NCBI GenBank assembly: GCA_046313635.1
Contig: JBKBYA010000003.1
Span: forward strand, 32,001 to 96,000
DNA length: 64,000 bases
Source of the DNA: Pyrinomonadaceae bacterium
Lineage (GTDB): Bacteria > Acidobacteriota > Blastocatellia > Pyrinomonadales > Pyrinomonadaceae
Reading direction: 5' to 3'
Shown one piece after another: positions 61,188-64,000 of this stretch (position 1 is its first letter; each line of letters opens with the position of its first letter). The notes under the pieces were generated by a model that was given only the letters and a program-made list of their open reading frames with translations, was not told where the DNA came from and ran no database searches. The position numbers and the translations under genes are program-made.

Positions 61188-62678
61188 TTACTTCGCCGCC
61201 GGACTCGACGGAATTGCTGTCGATGATCTCACCGCCATTTCCACGCCGGAGAGTAACTTGTCCAAAGCTGCTCTATCCAGAAGAATCCCGTTCAGAATGA
61301 CGGCATTTATCTTTCTAGTGTTGTTAATGTCCGCAAGCGGATCACCGTCAAGCAAAACCATGTCGGCGAGCTTCCCCTTCTCGATCGTGCCGAGTTCATT
61401 CTCCAGGTCCAAAAACTTTGCGGGATTGATGGTTGCGCTTTGCAGCGCCTCGAGCGGCGTGAGTCCGGCCTGAACCAATAACGCCAACTCGTCGTGCAGA
61501 CTGAAGCCTGGATAGACGTATGGGTTACCTAAATCCGTGCCGGCGAGAATTTTTACGCCCGCACGATGCATATCTCCGACGAGGTCAGTCTCTTTCTCTA
61601 AACGGATTTTCCTGTTCGTAATCTCCTCCGCCGCGAGGTTCACGTTCCGTGTGTCTGTTCTAGCGGTCCAGCCCTTCAACTCAGACTGCGGTATGTACCG
61701 CTGCCGGGCGTCGTTCCTGAAACTCTCGTCCTCTCGCAGAGCGAGCGCACGACGCATGACGAGCGTCGGGCATTGCCAGGTGCCGTTTCTGACAAAGCGG
61801 GCGAAGAGTGCCGCGCACTTCGCCTTGCTGTATGTCTTCTCTCGCGCCTGCCGTCCGTACAGGCGGTCGGTAGTTCGGACGATTGCGCCCCACGCGCTCC
61901 AAGTGTCGGGATTATTCGCCGCTTGCTCGACCTCTTTCCTGACCTCGGCCTCGTTAGCGGAACAGGATTCCAGAATGCCGTACAGATGCTCCATGCTTTT
62001 CTGACCGGCGTCGGAGGCTTCGGCTGCGGTAACCGATGCGGGCACATGCCCGACAAAGGTTAGCCCCTGTTTCCTTGCTTCGTCGGCGACAACGAAAAAC
62101 AGCGGGCGCGGGAGCAAAGAATGGACCTTAATAAAGTCAGCACCTCTCTGTTTGAGGGTGACGACCGCTTGGCGTGCCTCAGCTTCGGTTGAGATCGGAA
62201 ATCTAATCTGTGGGATTGCCCCGCCCAATATCGGACCCGACGCAAAAATGCGCGGACCAACGCGTCTGCCGTCCTGAATTTCTTTGCGCCACTGTTTCAA
62301 TAGCTCAAGGTTTCCGAGCGGCATCGCCATATCACGCACTCCGGTAACGCCGTTAGCGATGAATAAAGGAAAGAATGTTCCGACCCGTTCCTCCCGCAGA
62401 GTATGCACGTGCATATCCCACAGACCTGGGATCAGAAATTTCCCCCTGGCGTCAACGACCTGCGCGTCTTTCGGGATTTTTATCTTGCTCGCTTTACCGA
62501 CAGCCGCAATGCGATTGCCTTCGACGATGACCGTCATATCGCAGCTGGATGGCGCGCCGGTTACGTCAATCACGGTCACGTGCGTCAAAACGAGCGTGCG
62601 CACCGGTGGAATTGTCGTTTGCGCCAACAACGATCCGGGGAAGAGAATAAGCAACAATAACGCGAGTGTTTTCCTCAT
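61188..62678 (-). CDS. secreted amidohydrolase family protein
   Basis: Signal peptide, PGLWDMHVH, DFIK, GHVP, EH, AGTD, GKLADMVLLDGDPL. Confidence 0.92.
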   Translation of the reverse strand: MRKTLALLLLILFPGSLLAQTTIPPVRTLVLTHVTVIDVTGAPSSCDMTVIVEGNRIAAVGKASKIKIPKDAQVVDARGKFLIPGLWDMHVHTLREERVGTFFPLFIANGVTGVRDMAMPLGNLELLKQWRKEIQDGRRVGPRIFASGPILGGAIPQIRFPISTEAEARQAVVTLKQRGADFIKVHSLLPRPLFFVVADEARKQGLTFVGHVPASVTAAEASDAGQKSMEHLYGILESCSANEAEVRKEVEQAANNPDTWSAWGAIVRTTDRLYGRQAREKTYSKAKCAALFARFVRNGTWQCPTLVMRRALALREDESFRNDARQRYIPQSELKGWTARTDTRNVNLAAEEITNRKIRLEKETDLVGDMHRAGVKILAGTDLGNPYVYPGFSLHDELALLVQAGLTPLEALQSATINPAKFLDLENELGTIEKGKLADMVLLDGDPLADINNTRKINAVILNGILLDRAALDKLLSGVEMAVRSSTAIPSSPAAK

Positions 62679-62730
62679 CGATTCATGCTCCGCGAATCCC
62701 GGTCCTGAGTGAATTCGGCTGTCGAATGGA

Positions 62731-62916
62731 TCAGCTGCCGGCTTCGAATATTCTCATATTGACAGACTTTACCCGATTGCAAACAGTATCTCGCTCCAGA
62801 GCTTCAAACCCAGCCCGTTGGATCAAGTCGATGAACTCTTGTTTGGTCATCTTTACTTCGCCGCCCGACTCGACGGAGTAGCTGTGGGTGAGTTCGCCGC
62901 CGTCGGTGATGGTGCC
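62731..62916 (-). pseudogene. 3'-terminal fragment of a CofH/MqnE-like radical SAM gene
   Basis: GTITDGGELTHSYSVESGGEVKMTKQEFIDLIQRAGFEALERDTVCNRV resembles the family C-terminus (GT...LI..AG..P.ERDT.YN); no CxxxCxxC region is present. Confidence 0.65.
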
Positions 62917-62939
62917 GTGTGAGTCGTGGCATTTTGACA

Positions 62940-63154
62940 TCATAGTTCATCGAACTCAGATTCGGTCAGGTGGGCCCGCCGTAAAATGCTGCGGAGCGTT
63001 CCGCCCGCGACTTCTCGATGTTTCGGGACAACGGCGGTGATCATGCCATTCGCGATCTGTTTAGCGAATTTCACGTGACTTCCTGACTGAGCAGCTTCCT
63101 GGAAACCGGCCCTCAGGAGTTTGCGTCGAGTTCGCGATAGGAGATCGGCTTCAC
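62940..63154 (-). pseudogene. hicA: HicA-family toxin with a 1-nt frameshift
   Basis: GTG-KPISYRE / frameshift / RRKLLRAGFQEAAQSGSHVKF...VVPKHREVAGGTLRSILRRAHL...*; 215 nt, one short of a whole number of codons; start overlaps the hicB stop (GTGA). Confidence 0.85.
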
Positions 63155-63354
63155 GCAGCGATGTTCAATTCAAAATACCGGACTCGCGGGAGAACGGTTG
63201 CGACCGGCGGAGTGAAATGAAGTAGCAGGGCCTCATTTAAGTTTGCCATTGCTTCGTCTTCCGTCTCCCCTTGTGAAGCGATGTCGAGCTCGAGACACTG
63301 GGCAACATACCAATCGCCTTCTTTCACGATCACAGCGTTGAAGTCCATAGTCAT
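63151..63354 (-). CDS. hicB: short HicB-family antitoxin
   Basis: YVAQCLELDIASQGETEDEAMANLNEAL; 67 aa; TATAAT lies 6 nt upstream of the ATG. Confidence 0.85.
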   Translation of the reverse strand: MTMDFNAVIVKEGDWYVAQCLELDIASQGETEDEAMANLNEALLLHFTPPVATVLPRVRYFELNIAA

Positions 63355-63553
63355 CGACGCATTATAACTTAGATGTAAAGCGAGCAGAGGAGGTGATGGC
63401 GGCCCTTGGCCAGACGCTTTGCAGGGCCTCGGTAGCGATGAGTTAGGCTTCGCGAGGCAATCTAAACGCGTCGGGAAAGATTTGCAATGGTTCGTGAGGG
63501 AGTGACTTCGCTTCGGCTTGCAGAGGTTCGGCGAAGGTTTCGCAACCTTCGAG

Positions 63554-63916
63554 CTACGCGAATTCTCGCAGGTCCGTAGGTTTGGGAAGTTCGGTCGGTG
63601 TTCGTGATCCATCGACAGACCAGACCTCAATGCCGGATATACGTCCGTCACGCGAAAATGCGAAAACGCCCGAGAGGTCTATTCCCTCAGTTCCCCAATA
63701 CCAATCTGAAAAGATGTCGAGGCCAGTCGTCCTGTTCGGGATAACCCCATCGAAACTAAAATCGACGCTCGCGCATCCACAAACGCAACGCGATTCAACA
63801 CGTAGGTGCTCGATCTGCTCTAGATACTCGTCGGGTCCGCTCTGTCTGTTTTCGACGAGCCATCTAAGAAGGTCCGTTTCCTCCTGCGTAAGAGGTCGAT
63901 CTTCCTCGATAATCAT
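63554..63916 (-). CDS. hypothetical protein with CxCGC motif
   Basis: RPLTQEETDLLRWL...RCVCGCASVDF...GIEVWS; ATG 63916 or 63934. Confidence 0.65.
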   Translation of the reverse strand: MIIEEDRPLTQEETDLLRWLVENRQSGPDEYLEQIEHLRVESRCVCGCASVDFSFDGVIPNRTTGLDIFSDWYWGTEGIDLSGVFAFSRDGRISGIEVWSVDGSRTPTELPKPTDLREFA

Positions 63917-64000
63917 GTTCACGGCTCTAACCATAAGAACTCAGCACCCACACTTCACCCAACGCCAGACTCGGTCACAAACTTACACTACAGCGACGCG

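Noticed and set aside
60780..64000. Integron cassette array
   Set aside because: The genes are co-oriented and include a TA pair, but I found no attC-like RYYYAAC...GTTRRRY structures and no integrase.

Overview
A high-GC bacterial chromosomal segment. The gene repertoire (Oar-type TonB receptor, reprolysin/FG-GAP protein, Kgd-type 2-oxoglutarate dehydrogenase, dnaK-dnaJ-hspR, multi-PAS kinases) suggests Acidobacteriota/Blastocatellia, but that is inference. Most of the window is core genes: udgX, a UvrD/PcrA helicase, ybaB-recR, proC, tyrS, dnaK-dnaJ-hspR, smc, kgd, ribH-nusB, several peptidases and two hybrid histidine kinases. The last ~3.2 kb is a more AT-rich patch of decaying genes. The main unexplained signal is a set of intergenic elements made of short tandem repeats (7, 9 or 17 bp) arranged as inverted arms. 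One copy encloses a four-helix-bundle gene (23S-rRNA-IVP/Avd-like) between dnaJ and hspR. Gene-free copies sit at other gene junctions, several with the stem base almost touching the upstream stop and downstream start codons. This suggests an intervening-sequence-like element in mRNAs. Other notable items: an exactly in-frame 108-bp palindrome translated inside the helicase gene, a ~145-aa helical insertion in NusB, an acidic insertion in the SMC head, a VanW-glycosyltransferase fusion, a stand-alone SRA/YDG-like protein, a HAIR-like operator over the dnaK promoter, and three pseudogenes. I recognised no rRNA, tRNA, CRISPR array, integrase or transposase. All family calls come from motif recognition by eye; no searches were run.
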